Below, one piece after another: positions 38,895 to 49,049 of a DNA stretch of 64,000 bases. This DNA comes from a virus, in IMG/VR virus record IMGVR_UViG_3300036773_000146, positions 85,736 to 149,735 of that record. One strand, written 5' to 3'. The translations under genes and the position numbers were made by a program. Numbering within the stretch: the stretch's first letter is position 1; each line of letters begins with the position of its first letter. The notes beneath the pieces are model-generated. The model was not told the origin of the DNA. It saw nothing but the letters and a program-made list of their open reading frames with translations, and ran no database searches.

Positions 38895-40403
38895 TCAGGG
38901 CGTGGTGGTGGTGTCGGTGACCGAGCCGTTCGACGTGTCGACGGTGAAGCTCACCAGGATGTAGTTCAGCGGCCAGGACGGCTTGTAGGCGAAGCGCACC
39001 TCGATCACCGTCGGATCGCCGCTCGGCGGCGACTGCTCACGCACCTGCAACGAGTTGTAGTCCACGATCAGCCCGACGGTGGCCGACTTGGCGTTCTCCA
39101 GGGCACCGGCCACGATGGACTTGACGTTCAGGGCCGTGCCCGCGTCGATCGGGATGCCGATCAGGCCCGAGGACTCCATGGTCTGCTGGAGCAGGTCGTA
39201 GAGCGCATCCTGGGCGCGAACCAGGGAGATCTCCCGCAGCAGCACGCCACCCGCGTAGTTGGTCGTCAGGCCGTGCCGGACGCGCAGCTGGCTCTGGCGG
39301 TTCGGCTCGACCACCATCACACCGGACTTGGCCATGGTGTCCTTGTTCGTCGGGGTCATCGCCCGCGACACCGCAGCCGGGAAACCGGAGAAGCCCGAGA
39401 CCACCTTGTTCGTCAGCGGCATCTGCGGCTGCTGGGCAACCAGGATCCCGGCGCATCCGGCAGCCAGGTAGTAGCCGTCCACGGTGATGGTGGTGTTCGT
39501 GACGCCGTTGAAGAAGTTCAGCTGGTTCGGGTAGGCCAGCACGATGCGCGAAGAGCTGATCCCGCTTGCCAGCGCGGCCACACCGGACGCCGATCCCGCA
39601 TAGGCCTTGTCCAGGCCGACCATGGCCATCCGCAGGACGCCCTTGTTGGCGTCCTGCATGAGGGCCGCGTTCAGCGTGGCGAACATGCCTGCGAGCGCGG
39701 CCGGATCGGTTACCCCGGAGAACAGGGGAACCACCACGTTCACATCCGAGTTGGCGGCCGAGAGCGTCTGGTAGGCGTCGGCGAACTGCTGGCTGATGGT
39801 GCCGATCGCCGGGTCGACCGCCAGGGTGTAGATCTGGTTCGCACCGTTGGTGATGGCCGTCTGGGCCGCGAAGGTCAGGGGGCTGACGAGCGCGCCGGTC
39901 GAGGGATCCAGCGACGGACCGTAGGTGTCGGCGATCGAGGCGAAATCTTCGAAGAAGTTCAGCGCGAAGTACGAGGCGTCGGTGTACTGATAGCTGACCG
40001 TCACCTGCGGGTAGGCGTCCTCGATCTTGCCGCCCGAGGAGCGGTTGATCGTGGTGACCGAGTTCTCCGTGCCGCCGCTGGTGTTCGCACTCAGCGAGTA
40101 GTCGTGCGGCGTGCTGGTGGCGTCCTTGGTGAAGGTGTAGGGCACCGACTGGCCCGAGGCATTCGGGTCGGTGATGTAGCCCTTGACCACGACCGACGCG
40201 AGGTTGATGCCCTTCTGCGTCAGGGTCACCGCCGTGACGCCGCCTGCGAAGGAGACCGTCTCGGAGTAGGTGTGGTAGCCGATGCCACTGCCGACCAGGC
40301 ACACGACCGTAGGGGCGACCCCGGACACGGCGACGGTCGGACTGGAGCCTGCCTCGACGTACACCCCCGGGTGGAGGTAACTACCGAAATTGGGGCCGGT
40401 CAT
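38895..40403 (-). CDS. Tail sheath protein
   Basis: YLHPGVYVE N-terminus; VRHGLTT...REISLVR; PSWPLNYI C-terminus. Confidence 0.9.
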   Translation of the reverse strand: MTGPNFGSYLHPGVYVEAGSSPTVAVSGVAPTVVCLVGSGIGYHTYSETVSFAGGVTAVTLTQKGINLASVVVKGYITDPNASGQSVPYTFTKDATSTPHDYSLSANTSGGTENSVTTINRSSGGKIEDAYPQVTVSYQYTDASYFALNFFEDFASIADTYGPSLDPSTGALVSPLTFAAQTAITNGANQIYTLAVDPAIGTISQQFADAYQTLSAANSDVNVVVPLFSGVTDPAALAGMFATLNAALMQDANKGVLRMAMVGLDKAYAGSASGVAALASGISSSRIVLAYPNQLNFFNGVTNTTITVDGYYLAAGCAGILVAQQPQMPLTNKVVSGFSGFPAAVSRAMTPTNKDTMAKSGVMVVEPNRQSQLRVRHGLTTNYAGGVLLREISLVRAQDALYDLLQQTMESSGLIGIPIDAGTALNVKSIVAGALENAKSATVGLIVDYNSLQVREQSPPSGDPTVIEVRFAYKPSWPLNYILVSFTVDTSNGSVTDTTTTP

Positions 40404-40443
40404 CGCTGCTCCTCTTCGCTGGCCGGGGCCAGAAGACGCTCGT

Positions 40444-40480
40444 TCACTGGTTGTGGCGTGTGTGCTCTGGCTGGAACAGG
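40444..40480 (-). promoter_or_regulatory. Late-promoter-like motif CTGT-N22-CAA-N5-GA upstream of the sheath gene (representative copy)
   Basis: Same spacing at about 28534, 50771, 56904, 58833 and 63902 (CTGC), with variants at about 14595, 53370 and 54430. Confidence 0.7.
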
Positions 40481-40482
40481 AA

Positions 40483-41142
40483 TCAGGTCCACTGCGTCCG
40501 GTTCCAGTTCCCGGCGTTCAGCGGCTGCTCGGCGGGATCCGACGGCGGCGTGGTCCCGTCCACCCAGGTGACGAACTCGACCTTGCTCAGGGGCAGCAGG
40601 GAGCCGGTGTGGACGTCGGTGAGGAACTCGCCGATCACGTCGAAGCTGGCCGACGTCTCGTAGACCACCTCGTCGGTGCCCCACGGCGTGCCCTGACCGG
40701 CCGAGTCACCGAAGGGCTGGAGGTCGTCGAAGTTCGCGTTCATGGCGATGAACGGATTCTGCTCGATCTGTGCGCGGAAGGCGGCGAGTGCCGGGTTGAA
40801 CTTCGAGCTGATGAAGATCTCCACGAACAGGTCGAACAACCGATCGCGTTGCAGGGAGGTCAGGGCGACGACGGTCAGGGACACCGACCCGGAGAACTTC
40901 CAGCGTGAGCACTGCGTGAGGGCACCGCCCACCACGGCCGACTCGACGTGCCCGATGCCCGCGATGGAGATCTCGGCGTTGTCGGCGTACTGCACCCACA
41001 CGCCCGGGTAGGCACTCTGCTGCACCGGGAATTCCACCGACACCAACGGCGCGTTGTCGCCGGAGAAATCCGGGTCGGCCACGGCCGCGAACCCGGCCTG
41101 CAAGGCCACGGTCACGGCCGTCTTCAGGTGTGTCCGGTACAT
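40483..41142 (-). CDS. Tail completion/terminator protein
   Basis: Position immediately upstream of the sheath; AGGAGG RBS. Confidence 0.6.
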   Translation of the reverse strand: MYRTHLKTAVTVALQAGFAAVADPDFSGDNAPLVSVEFPVQQSAYPGVWVQYADNAEISIAGIGHVESAVVGGALTQCSRWKFSGSVSLTVVALTSLQRDRLFDLFVEIFISSKFNPALAAFRAQIEQNPFIAMNANFDDLQPFGDSAGQGTPWGTDEVVYETSASFDVIGEFLTDVHTGSLLPLSKVEFVTWVDGTTPPSDPAEQPLNAGNWNRTQWT

Positions 41143-41144
41143 GG

Positions 41145-41837
41145 CTACAGCCCTCCTCGGTTCAGGAAGTACTCCCACTCGGCGCCGGTGGTGGCGTAGA
41201 TGGTCGTGAGCGGGACGTTCGCTTCCCAGGCGGCCTCGGCGAGGGCGCCGTTCAGGTATTGGAGGGCCCGCAGGCCCGGGTGCCGCCAGCGCACGCCGAC
41301 ATTGCCGCCGCCGATCTGGCCGTTCGAGCTGCGCTGGGAGATGCGCCCGGGAGCGCCGGGGTAGCTGGCCACCGTCCAGGTCAGTTCCATCTGGCCGGTG
41401 TCCTTGTTCCGCTTGCGGACCTGGCGCCGCTCACCGATCCGGGCCGCCCTTCGGAAGATCAGCACTTGCGTCCGGCCGTCCTCGGTATGCCGGACCTTGA
41501 TCTTCGGGTTCTTCGCCCGCAGGGATCCGTCGGCATCCGCGACCCACATCGGGATGAGCTTGCCCGCCAGCGAGCGCATGGTGCGCGGCGCCGTGCCGTG
41601 CTCCATGAACCATGCCTGCGGGTCGGGGAAGTAGATCCCGAACCACCCCTCGCCGTAGAGCGGCACGAGCCGGTTGGCGGTGGCACCGGTGACGCGCGGC
41701 ATCGTCTGGCGGGCCCGGTGCACGGCGTCGATGGCAAGGTATTTGGCCTCGTCGTCGTTGATGTCCGGAGCCCGCAGGACCATCCGGTCCGGCGTGCCGC
41801 TGCCCAGCACCAGCTGCGGCGCGGTGACCGGGGCCAT
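41145..41837 (-). CDS. Neck / virion morphogenesis protein
   Basis: FMEHGTAPRTM...WRHPGL, a basic HK97-gp10-like pattern. Confidence 0.55.
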   Translation of the reverse strand: MAPVTAPQLVLGSGTPDRMVLRAPDINDDEAKYLAIDAVHRARQTMPRVTGATANRLVPLYGEGWFGIYFPDPQAWFMEHGTAPRTMRSLAGKLIPMWVADADGSLRAKNPKIKVRHTEDGRTQVLIFRRAARIGERRQVRKRNKDTGQMELTWTVASYPGAPGRISQRSSNGQIGGGNVGVRWRHPGLRALQYLNGALAEAAWEANVPLTTIYATTGAEWEYFLNRGGL

Positions 41838-42118
41838 CAGCACTCCTCCCAGCAGAGGATCGAGGGCTCGACGTGCAGCGGATCCAGGGAGTGCAGCTGC
41901 CAGACGGCCCGGGTGTGGCCCTGGTTCTCCGGGACGTCGAAGTTGACTCCGCCAGCGCAAGGCTCGCCCTCGGGTATGTGGTTGCCGCCCGCCGAGGGAT
42001 GCACGTGGAAGAAGCCGACCTTGGCCTCGTCGCGGACGATGAAGCGCGCCCAGTGCCCGCCGCCGAGGTCCACCGCCCCGTCGCCGAGCAGGTCCAGCAG
42101 GTAGTCCGTGCGGGCCAT
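41837..42118 (-). CDS. Small hypothetical protein
   Basis: MARTDY...WQLHSLDPLHVEPSILC; overlapping start/stop on both sides. Confidence 0.6.
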   Translation of the reverse strand: MARTDYLLDLLGDGAVDLGGGHWARFIVRDEAKVGFFHVHPSAGGNHIPEGEPCAGGVNFDVPENQGHTRAVWQLHSLDPLHVEPSILCWEEC

Positions 42119-42846
42119 CAGTCGATCACCCCGTCGGTCGGGATCAGCGGAGCCCGGATCAGCTCGATCGCCGGGAACGACTGCGGCGTGTACGAGCGCT
42201 GGGTGAGCACGGTGTGGAGGGTGACCTTGTCCGTGGGGGTGAGCAGGTACGCCACGGTGCCGGGTTCCTCGAAGCGGGCCTGGATCTGTGCGTAGGTGAT
42301 CGAGTTGTGCTTCTGGTCCGGGTGGTCGTAGCCGGTGCGCAGCGTCGTGCGGCGCGGGCTCGCGGGCAGCCGCCAGCGGGACCCGTCGGCGCGGATGATG
42401 TAGTCGCCCTCGCGCATCCGGAAGTCCCAGGTGGTCTCCACGCCCACCGACTCCGGGTGGACGACGCCGCGCTTGTCGAGCTTCTCCGACTCGTCGTTGT
42501 CCGACCACAGTGCGGGCCGCACGATCCGGGCCCGGTAGCCGCCCTCGAAGGTGGTGCCGAAGCAGTCCGGGCACTTGTTGATCTTCGGCTGCTGGTAGAC
42601 CTTGGCCACCGCGTTCTGGACCGAGCCGGATGTGCCGTAACAGGTGGCGCATCGCGTGACGAGCCCGGCCTCCAGGTCCAGCAGGCTCCACATCAGATAA
42701 AAGATCGAATACTCGCCGAGCCGGTACAAGGCCTGGTCGTGCCGGTACCGCATCTGGTCGACGGCCCAGTTCTGGCGGTCACGGACGTAGAGCTGATTCG
42801 GCGGTGTCGAGGTCGGGATGCCGGGCTGCGGCAGGGGGATCGGCAT
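42118..42846 (-). CDS. Head closure / neck protein with CxxC motifs
   Basis: RCATCY, KCPDCFGTTFEGGY; position in the neck region. Confidence 0.6.
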   Translation of the reverse strand: MPIPLPQPGIPTSTPPNQLYVRDRQNWAVDQMRYRHDQALYRLGEYSIFYLMWSLLDLEAGLVTRCATCYGTSGSVQNAVAKVYQQPKINKCPDCFGTTFEGGYRARIVRPALWSDNDESEKLDKRGVVHPESVGVETTWDFRMREGDYIIRADGSRWRLPASPRRTTLRTGYDHPDQKHNSITYAQIQARFEEPGTVAYLLTPTDKVTLHTVLTQRSYTPQSFPAIELIRAPLIPTDGVID

Positions 42847-42856
42847 GACCAGCTCC

Positions 42857-45091
42857 TCAGTACAACTCGGCCCAGATCCGGAATCTCCAGGGCACGATCA
42901 CTCCGGCGCCGGGGGTGATCGTGTTGACGGTTTCGAACAGGTTGCTCGCCTGGGCACTGATCACGGCGGTGTCTCCCGAGAAGCCCGAGAGGCAGAAGCC
43001 CAGACCTGTTCGTCCCTGGTAGTTGATGGCTTCCGTGGCGCCCACGAACAGGTTCGCCACGGCCAGGGCCGGGAAGGTAACGGCCAGCACGACCGCGTAT
43101 CCGGCGGGGATCCAGACCGGCGCGCCGGTGAGCGCGTTGTCGATCAGGGCGTTGGCGGGCGGTGCCGTGCCACTGCTGCTGACGACCGCCGTGGTGCTCG
43201 CCGGATCACCGGATCGCCAGCCAGAGCTGGTTCCCGTGGTCACCACGCCGAGCTTCGCCGGATCGGCACCGGCCAGCACCGACCAGCTCCGGGCCGGAGC
43301 CGTGCCGGTGAACGCGGCCGTGGCGAAGCGGACCCCGTAGTAGTAGCGGCCCGGCGAGATGTCCAGGACCGCCCACAGGGTGCCCGCGTTCGTGCCCGGG
43401 AGCATGGGTGAGCCCGAGACGCCCAGGGTGCGCGGCATCGACTGCAACGGCGGCTCGCCGACGGGTCGGTAAGAGGGCGGCGCGATCGGCATCATCTGCC
43501 GACCGTGGATCACCGGCTCCATCTGCTGAGCCGTGTAGGCGGCCTGCACGACGGCGGCCGTCGACACCGGATGCGCGCCGTCGGCGGTGTAACCCGGGTT
43601 CCACTTCCACGAGGTCTGGGGATCGGCGATCAGCGATCGCCAGTCGAGGAGCCCGTCGAGCGGATGACCACGCTGGCCGACCTTGACCGTCGCGCCGTCC
43701 GGCGTCGTGAGTGACGCGCCGGACTGCGAAAGCCACATGGCGATCTGCCCGTAGACGGAGGTCAGGTAGGAGGCGTCGTCGGTGGGGTTCTGGGTCGTGT
43801 TGACCGCGCCCGCATTGGTGAAGCGGGACTGATTCGTCGTGGTCGCCCAGGCATCCGAGCTGGCCGAGATCGGGGTGGGATAGCCCGAGTAGACCGGCGT
43901 GCCGGTGGCACCCAGTGTGGTCCACAGGGTTTGCATGGCCGCCTTGACCTGGGCGACCGTCAGGTTCGCGTTGATGTCGTTCATGGCCAGGTTGGCGACC
44001 ACGCCGCTGCACCTGGCCACGACGCTCATCTGCCAGGAGGCGTTGCCGGGCACGTAGCAGCCCGCGCGGTTGCCGCCCTGAGCGATGCGCCACCAGGGGA
44101 TGCCGTCGAGTGCCCGGGGGAAAATCCCGCACGGCTCGCCATCCCGGATGTCGCCGCCGGTGCCCTGGACCAGGCTGTCACCGAACAGGGCCACGCAGCG
44201 CTTCACCGGGACATTGCCGGTGATGGCGGTGGCGTACGGGATCTTCATCCAGGCGCTGGCCGTGGTGCTGTTCGCCGTGGTCGTGTTGCCATTGGTCTGG
44301 GTCGTCACGCCGGTGTCGCACAGGGCGCTGCCGACGGCGGGCAGGCCCGTGGACGTGGAGTCGAGCACCCAGTCCACGAAGGGCGCTGTGTTGCACGCTC
44401 CGGCGCTCCCGGCGTAGGGCAGGTATCCGGTGCTCGATCCGGTGTCGAACGAGCCCAGGACGGCGATGCAGTCGCCCTGGCGCACATACTCGGAGAGCTG
44501 GATCGGCTGGCTCTTGCGGTAGTCGCCCGCCGCGAAAACCACGGTGCCGGACGTGTCGGTCTGGGTGTCCCAGTTGACCACGTAGCGGTTGACCTGGCGC
44601 CAGTACGCGGATCCGGCCGCCGGGGTCTGGCCGGTACCCGCCTGGATGCACACCCAGCTCGCGCCGGAGTTGGTGACCTGGTCGAGCAGCGCGTAGGCCG
44701 TGACGGCGCTGTAGGCCACGCTGCCGGACACCTGGCGCGGGCTTCCGGCCGGGTATTCGATGGTCATGCGCGCGGTGACCGACTGCTGACCGGCGATCTC
44801 GCACGAGGCGTTGCCGCCCTGCGGGGTGTTGCTCGTCCAGATGTTGGCCCATTCGACCTGGAGAACGTTTGCCCCTGCGGCGATCACGCGCAGCAGCTTG
44901 CGGGTTTGGCGGCACCGGGTCTGGATGAGCCCGGCCGTGGCCGTGGCGCCGCCGTTGCCGTTGAAGTGCGTGCCGTTGGCGACCGGCAGGAATGTTCTGG
45001 CCTGGGCGTCCACGTACCCTTTGCTCACGAGCCCGGACGCCAGCACACCATCGGCCGTCAGGTTGACGGGTCCTGCGATCGCCATGGTCAT
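42857..45091 (-). CDS. SGNH/GDSL esterase-domain fibre-like virion protein
   Basis: LFGDSLVQG, GG, MND and DGAHP blocks; chitin-binding-like YSAVTAY...PAAGSAYW; N-terminal SKGYVD. Confidence 0.75.
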   Translation of the reverse strand: MTMAIAGPVNLTADGVLASGLVSKGYVDAQARTFLPVANGTHFNGNGGATATAGLIQTRCRQTRKLLRVIAAGANVLQVEWANIWTSNTPQGGNASCEIAGQQSVTARMTIEYPAGSPRQVSGSVAYSAVTAYALLDQVTNSGASWVCIQAGTGQTPAAGSAYWRQVNRYVVNWDTQTDTSGTVVFAAGDYRKSQPIQLSEYVRQGDCIAVLGSFDTGSSTGYLPYAGSAGACNTAPFVDWVLDSTSTGLPAVGSALCDTGVTTQTNGNTTTANSTTASAWMKIPYATAITGNVPVKRCVALFGDSLVQGTGGDIRDGEPCGIFPRALDGIPWWRIAQGGNRAGCYVPGNASWQMSVVARCSGVVANLAMNDINANLTVAQVKAAMQTLWTTLGATGTPVYSGYPTPISASSDAWATTTNQSRFTNAGAVNTTQNPTDDASYLTSVYGQIAMWLSQSGASLTTPDGATVKVGQRGHPLDGLLDWRSLIADPQTSWKWNPGYTADGAHPVSTAAVVQAAYTAQQMEPVIHGRQMMPIAPPSYRPVGEPPLQSMPRTLGVSGSPMLPGTNAGTLWAVLDISPGRYYYGVRFATAAFTGTAPARSWSVLAGADPAKLGVVTTGTSSGWRSGDPASTTAVVSSSGTAPPANALIDNALTGAPVWIPAGYAVVLAVTFPALAVANLFVGATEAINYQGRTGLGFCLSGFSGDTAVISAQASNLFETVNTITPGAGVIVPWRFRIWAELY

Positions 45092-45101
45092 GAGGACCTC
45101 C

Positions 45102-45782
45102 TCAGAAAAACTCGAAGAATGAGCTGGTGTCGGCGACTACCGGACCCGGCACGGGAGTGGCCATCCAGGTCGACATGCTGGCGCTCTCGTCGGTGTTGAA
45201 GTAGCGCACGTCGTCCACTGTTGTGCGCGCAGTGCCCTCGCTGGCGTGCCCGGCGACGTAGAACGTGGTGACGTTGCTGACGGTGTTGGTGTTGGCTACC
45301 GAAGCGATCATCGTGGCGTTCAGCCACAACTTCAGTGTGAAGCCGTCGTAGGTCATCGCAATGTGAGCCCACGTGCCAGCGGTTAGCGCGGTCCCGTTGA
45401 CCGGCACCACGCCGCCTCCAAGCCGGGCATTGCCCTGCAACACATTGGCTGTGCTGAAGTCCCCGCGCTGGGACCAGATATTGAAGTACGACGAGGCGCC
45501 CGAGTCGAGCGCACCGCAGATCAGGTGCGTGCCTCCAGCAGCCAACGTGGACGGATTGACCCAGGCCATGAGAGTGCATGCCGCACCGGTCACAGCAGGC
45601 ACCGTGCCGGACGCACCGGTGGTTGCCGAGCCGGTGACGTTCTGGAATCCAGCCCCCGTATGCCCGGATCCCGTGAAGGAGCCCGACCCGACGGTGAGGG
45701 TGCTACTGGTTCCCTCGTTGCCAGAGATCGTCGATCCGGACCCCGCGTCGAAGTTCCAAGCGGCAATTGGCGTCCCTGGCAT
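45102..45782 (-). CDS. LamG/ConA-like lectin domain protein
   Basis: AAWNFD, TLMAWV, WAHIAMTYDG..LKLWLN, VDDVRYFN. Confidence 0.85.
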   Translation of the reverse strand: MPGTPIAAWNFDAGSGSTISGNEGTSSTLTVGSGSFTGSGHTGAGFQNVTGSATTGASGTVPAVTGAACTLMAWVNPSTLAAGGTHLICGALDSGASSYFNIWSQRGDFSTANVLQGNARLGGGVVPVNGTALTAGTWAHIAMTYDGFTLKLWLNATMIASVANTNTVSNVTTFYVAGHASEGTARTTVDDVRYFNTDESASMSTWMATPVPGPVVADTSSFFEFF

Positions 45783-46069
45783 CAGCTCACCTTGAGCAGA
45801 ACGAACGTCCAGAGCACCGCGACATCCTGGTCGAAGGTCAGGCTCTTGAATACTCCCCAGAAGGTGTTGGAATCACGAACTGTCGCGGTTCGGATCTGCA
45901 CTTCCGGGAAACCGCCCTGCACGCCCCACGAAAGGATCTTGTACCCCTCCGGCGGCGCGTAGATGTAGTCGTCCACGTTGCCGTTGCTGGAGTTGGCAGG
46001 GATCGACCGAAGGACGCTGTCGTAGGACAGTTCCAGGTCCACAGTGGTGTCGAAAGTGATCTTTGACAT
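45782..46069 (-). CDS. Hypothetical protein
   Basis: Abuts both neighbours; atypical codon use. Confidence 0.55.
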   Translation of the reverse strand: MSKITFDTTVDLELSYDSVLRSIPANSSNGNVDDYIYAPPEGYKILSWGVQGGFPEVQIRTATVRDSNTFWGVFKSLTFDQDVAVLWTFVLLKVS

Positions 46070-46714
46070 CTAGAACCCCTTGCTGAATGCGATGACGTAC
46101 CACTTGGTGGCCGTGGCGTTGTAGACGGCGCCGAGCATGTCCCGCTTGGACGCTGTGGTCGTCAGCGTGACCGAGGCGAGTGTGGTGCCGAGTGCGAAAG
46201 CGGTGTCCAGGGTGATCGTGCGCGAGCCGGTCGCGTCCTGGATCAGCTCCCAGATGATCTTCTGTCCATCGGTGGGGTTGGTCGGATTGCCCAGGGTCCG
46301 GTTGCCGCCCAGGGTCACGCGGAAATGGTTGCCCAGGGCAGCGTTGGTAGCGATCGTGGCCGCGTCGGTGAGCGTCTGCGGCGGCGCGATGTAGCCCGAG
46401 GTGGAGAGGCCGCCTTCGATGCGTACCGTGTACTGGTTTGTCGTGGGGGCTGTGGTGAAGGTCAGCACCACCGCGCTCGTGCTCGTGGCCTGGTTCGGCA
46501 CCGTGACCGCGTTACCGGAGGCGTCGCGTACGGTCACGTTCACCTGGGTCGTACCGAGGCCGTGGGTGATCGTGGGCGTTGTCGACCCGGCGGGGACCGT
46601 GCCGTTGTAAACGCCGGTCGCCCTGTTGTCGACGTACTGCTTCGTGGCGTAATCCAGGGTCGCTGAAGGGTCCAACACGCCCTGGACGCGGGAGATGGCG
46701 ACCCTGGCGGCCAT
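46070..46714 (-). CDS. Virion fibre/collar protein
   Basis: DYATKQYVD, TITHGLGT..V.VTV, VTLGGNRTLGNPTN. Confidence 0.65.
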   Translation of the reverse strand: MAARVAISRVQGVLDPSATLDYATKQYVDNRATGVYNGTVPAGSTTPTITHGLGTTQVNVTVRDASGNAVTVPNQATSTSAVVLTFTTAPTTNQYTVRIEGGLSTSGYIAPPQTLTDAATIATNAALGNHFRVTLGGNRTLGNPTNPTDGQKIIWELIQDATGSRTITLDTAFALGTTLASVTLTTTASKRDMLGAVYNATATKWYVIAFSKGF

Positions 46715-46716
46715 GG

Positions 46717-47634
46717 TCAGACCACCTTGGAGACCACGACGGTGTACTCGCCGGAGGCCATGGCGATGTCTGGCGTGATGCCGATCGTGGTCGTGGTGTC
46801 GCGGGTGATGTAGACCTCGACCTCGTCGAACGGGCTCGCGGTCCGGTAGACGGCCACGGTGACCGCCTTCGAGCCCAGGGAGTGCGTCACGGTCCAGGTG
46901 GCGCCCGCGCTGACCGAGGGGGACGTGGTGGTGTAGCCCGTGTCGTTGTCAGACGCCGCCGCCGGGTTCAGGAAGACGAACGCCGCCGTGGTGGTACCCA
47001 GGGTAAAAGTATCGTTCGACATGATCGCGAGCTGGTTATCGAACGAGCCCTGCTGAACCACCCAGAGAGAGCCCGGCGTCGCCAGCGCGGTGGTGCTCCA
47101 GTTAGCCGCGTAGGCCATGGCCGCAGCTGCTGCGGTCCACACACGCGGGCCGTTCTCCGAGCCAGTCGTCTGGCCGGTCAGCAGGAATACGTCACCGGCC
47201 GTCGGCGTCACACCGTCGATAGTGGACGGCGCCGAGGTGACCGAGACGTTGGCCGCCGTGGCCGCCCGGACCTTGCCCTTGAAGACCAGACCGGCGGACA
47301 ACGTGGCCACCGAACTATCGACGTAGTTCCTGGTCGCAGCGTCCTGGGCACTGGTGGGGTCCAGCAGGCCCGTGATCTTATGGCTGCCCCAGGCCACGTC
47401 GGTGTTCGGCGCGGCGAACTGGTCGAGCCGCTTCGACTGGATCGCGGTGTCCCAGTCGTTGATCGCCGTGTGGTCCGTCGTGGTCGAGCCACGGTTCGCC
47501 AGCGAGGCGCCGAACGCCTGAGCCGCGTCCACCTGCTGCTTGGTGGCGCTGTCGGTCGCCGAAGTACCGTCGGCCTGATTGACGATCTTCAGACCGCCCA
47601 TGTCCTTCTGGGAGATCGCCTTCTTCGCGGTCAT
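46717..47634 (-). CDS. Virion fibre/collar protein
   Basis: DSATKQQVD and DAATRNYVD, VRAATAANV, QTTGSENG, VTHSLG. Confidence 0.7.
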   Translation of the reverse strand: MTAKKAISQKDMGGLKIVNQADGTSATDSATKQQVDAAQAFGASLANRGSTTTDHTAINDWDTAIQSKRLDQFAAPNTDVAWGSHKITGLLDPTSAQDAATRNYVDSSVATLSAGLVFKGKVRAATAANVSVTSAPSTIDGVTPTAGDVFLLTGQTTGSENGPRVWTAAAAAMAYAANWSTTALATPGSLWVVQQGSFDNQLAIMSNDTFTLGTTTAAFVFLNPAAASDNDTGYTTTSPSVSAGATWTVTHSLGSKAVTVAVYRTASPFDEVEVYITRDTTTTIGITPDIAMASGEYTVVVSKVV

Positions 47635-47635
47635 C

Positions 47636-48154
47636 TCATCCTCCGATGAAGGCCACGCCCGCGATGGGCGCGTCCGTCGTGATGGTCAGGTTGGAGTGGT
47701 CCACGTGCGTCACAACGAACTCGTCCCACTGGGTTTGCAGATCGGCGCTGAACACGCTCACGGCCGCCGGATAGTGCCCGAGCCCATGCGTCACATGCCA
47801 GACGGTCTGCGAGACGCTCTGGGTGTGCTGGTAGGCGCCGCCGGTGCCTCCTCCGCCGGTCTGCGACAGAACATCCAAGGCCTGAGCATCCAGCGGGTAG
47901 GCCGTCGTGCCTGTCCGCGCGGCCCACACCCGCGTCACACCGTCGGGCCCCAGAAACTCCGGCACGAGGCCCTGTTCGACGTAGACCGTCGAGTCCGGCA
48001 CGGCACCGCCATCGAGGTCCTGCACGTCGGCCAGCAGTGTCATGGCCTCGTCGGCATAGAGCACCAGCGCGGTGCGCGGCGGCGTCAGGATCGGCGCGAA
48101 GTCCTGGCCGTAGACGAAGGCGGACCTGTCGGCGGGGAAGCGGTATCGGGCCAT
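47636..48154 (-). CDS. Virion structural protein
   Basis: YQHTQ...WHVTHGLGHYPAA module shared with the neighbouring genes. Confidence 0.65.
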   Translation of the reverse strand: MARYRFPADRSAFVYGQDFAPILTPPRTALVLYADEAMTLLADVQDLDGGAVPDSTVYVEQGLVPEFLGPDGVTRVWAARTGTTAYPLDAQALDVLSQTGGGGTGGAYQHTQSVSQTVWHVTHGLGHYPAAVSVFSADLQTQWDEFVVTHVDHSNLTITTDAPIAGVAFIGG

Positions 48155-48164
48155 GCGCTCCCCC

Positions 48165-49040
48165 TCAGTAGCTCGTGCGGAAGTAGTAGCGCGGCCGCCC
48201 GCGCGAGGACATGTAGGCGAAGCCGCCGGGGCTGCGGCCGTAGGCGCCGCCGGAGACCAGCACGGCCGGTCGGCCCAGGCCCATAGACGCGATCTTGAAG
48301 GTGTCGAGCTGGCTCTTCAGGAGCTGCTGCTCATCGGAGAGCACCTGGCTCCAGCGGTCCATGTAGTCGCGCCGGTCCTCGTAGGTGACCTGGCCGCCTT
48401 GCAGCATCGGCTGCTCCACATAGGACCGTCGCAGGTGCTTGACCACCTCGACGTAGAGCGCCTGCTCCAGCAGCGGACCCCATTGCTGAACGGGGAAGGT
48501 GGCTCCGCCATTGCCGTCGAGGGTGTAGGTCTGGTACGGCTGGGCGGTGGTGTTGAGGATGCCCATGGCGATCCGCAGCAGCTGGGCGATCCGGCCCCGG
48601 GTGAAGTGGGACTGGAAGTACACCTGCAAGTTCGGGCCGCCGTCGGGGGAGTCGAACATGTCCGCGAACCGATGCCAGCAGGACTCGACGATCATTTTCA
48701 TGCTGTCGGACAACGCCGCGTAGTCCGGGCTGAACTGGCCGACCTCGATGGCCGTCTGCATGCTCTGCGCGACGCCGGACAGCGCATAGCTCCAAACGAG
48801 GGTGAAACCACCGGTGGCCGAGGTGTCCTCGGAGGACATCTGGATCTCGTAGGCGCCCAGCTCGGCGCGGGTCGCCGGGCGGGCGGTGAACACCGGTGCG
48901 CCGGTCACGGTGTTCGTCATGGTGACCGTGACCGCGTTACCGTCCGGGTCTCCGACCTGGCCGTGCACGTACACGTTGATGCCCAGCACGACGGGGTCGT
49001 ACTGGTTGACCCAGATCTCTTCGGGCAGCATCGCGGTCAC
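48165..49040 (-). CDS. Head-tail adaptor-like protein
   Basis: Position after the head genes; high GC3. Confidence 0.55.
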   Translation of the reverse strand: MTAMLPEEIWVNQYDPVVLGINVYVHGQVGDPDGNAVTVTMTNTVTGAPVFTARPATRAELGAYEIQMSSEDTSATGGFTLVWSYALSGVAQSMQTAIEVGQFSPDYAALSDSMKMIVESCWHRFADMFDSPDGGPNLQVYFQSHFTRGRIAQLLRIAMGILNTTAQPYQTYTLDGNGGATFPVQQWGPLLEQALYVEVVKHLRRSYVEQPMLQGGQVTYEDRRDYMDRWSQVLSDEQQLLKSQLDTFKIASMGLGRPAVLVSGGAYGRSPGGFAYMSSRGRPRYYFRTSY

Positions 49041-49049
49041 GGTGGCTCC

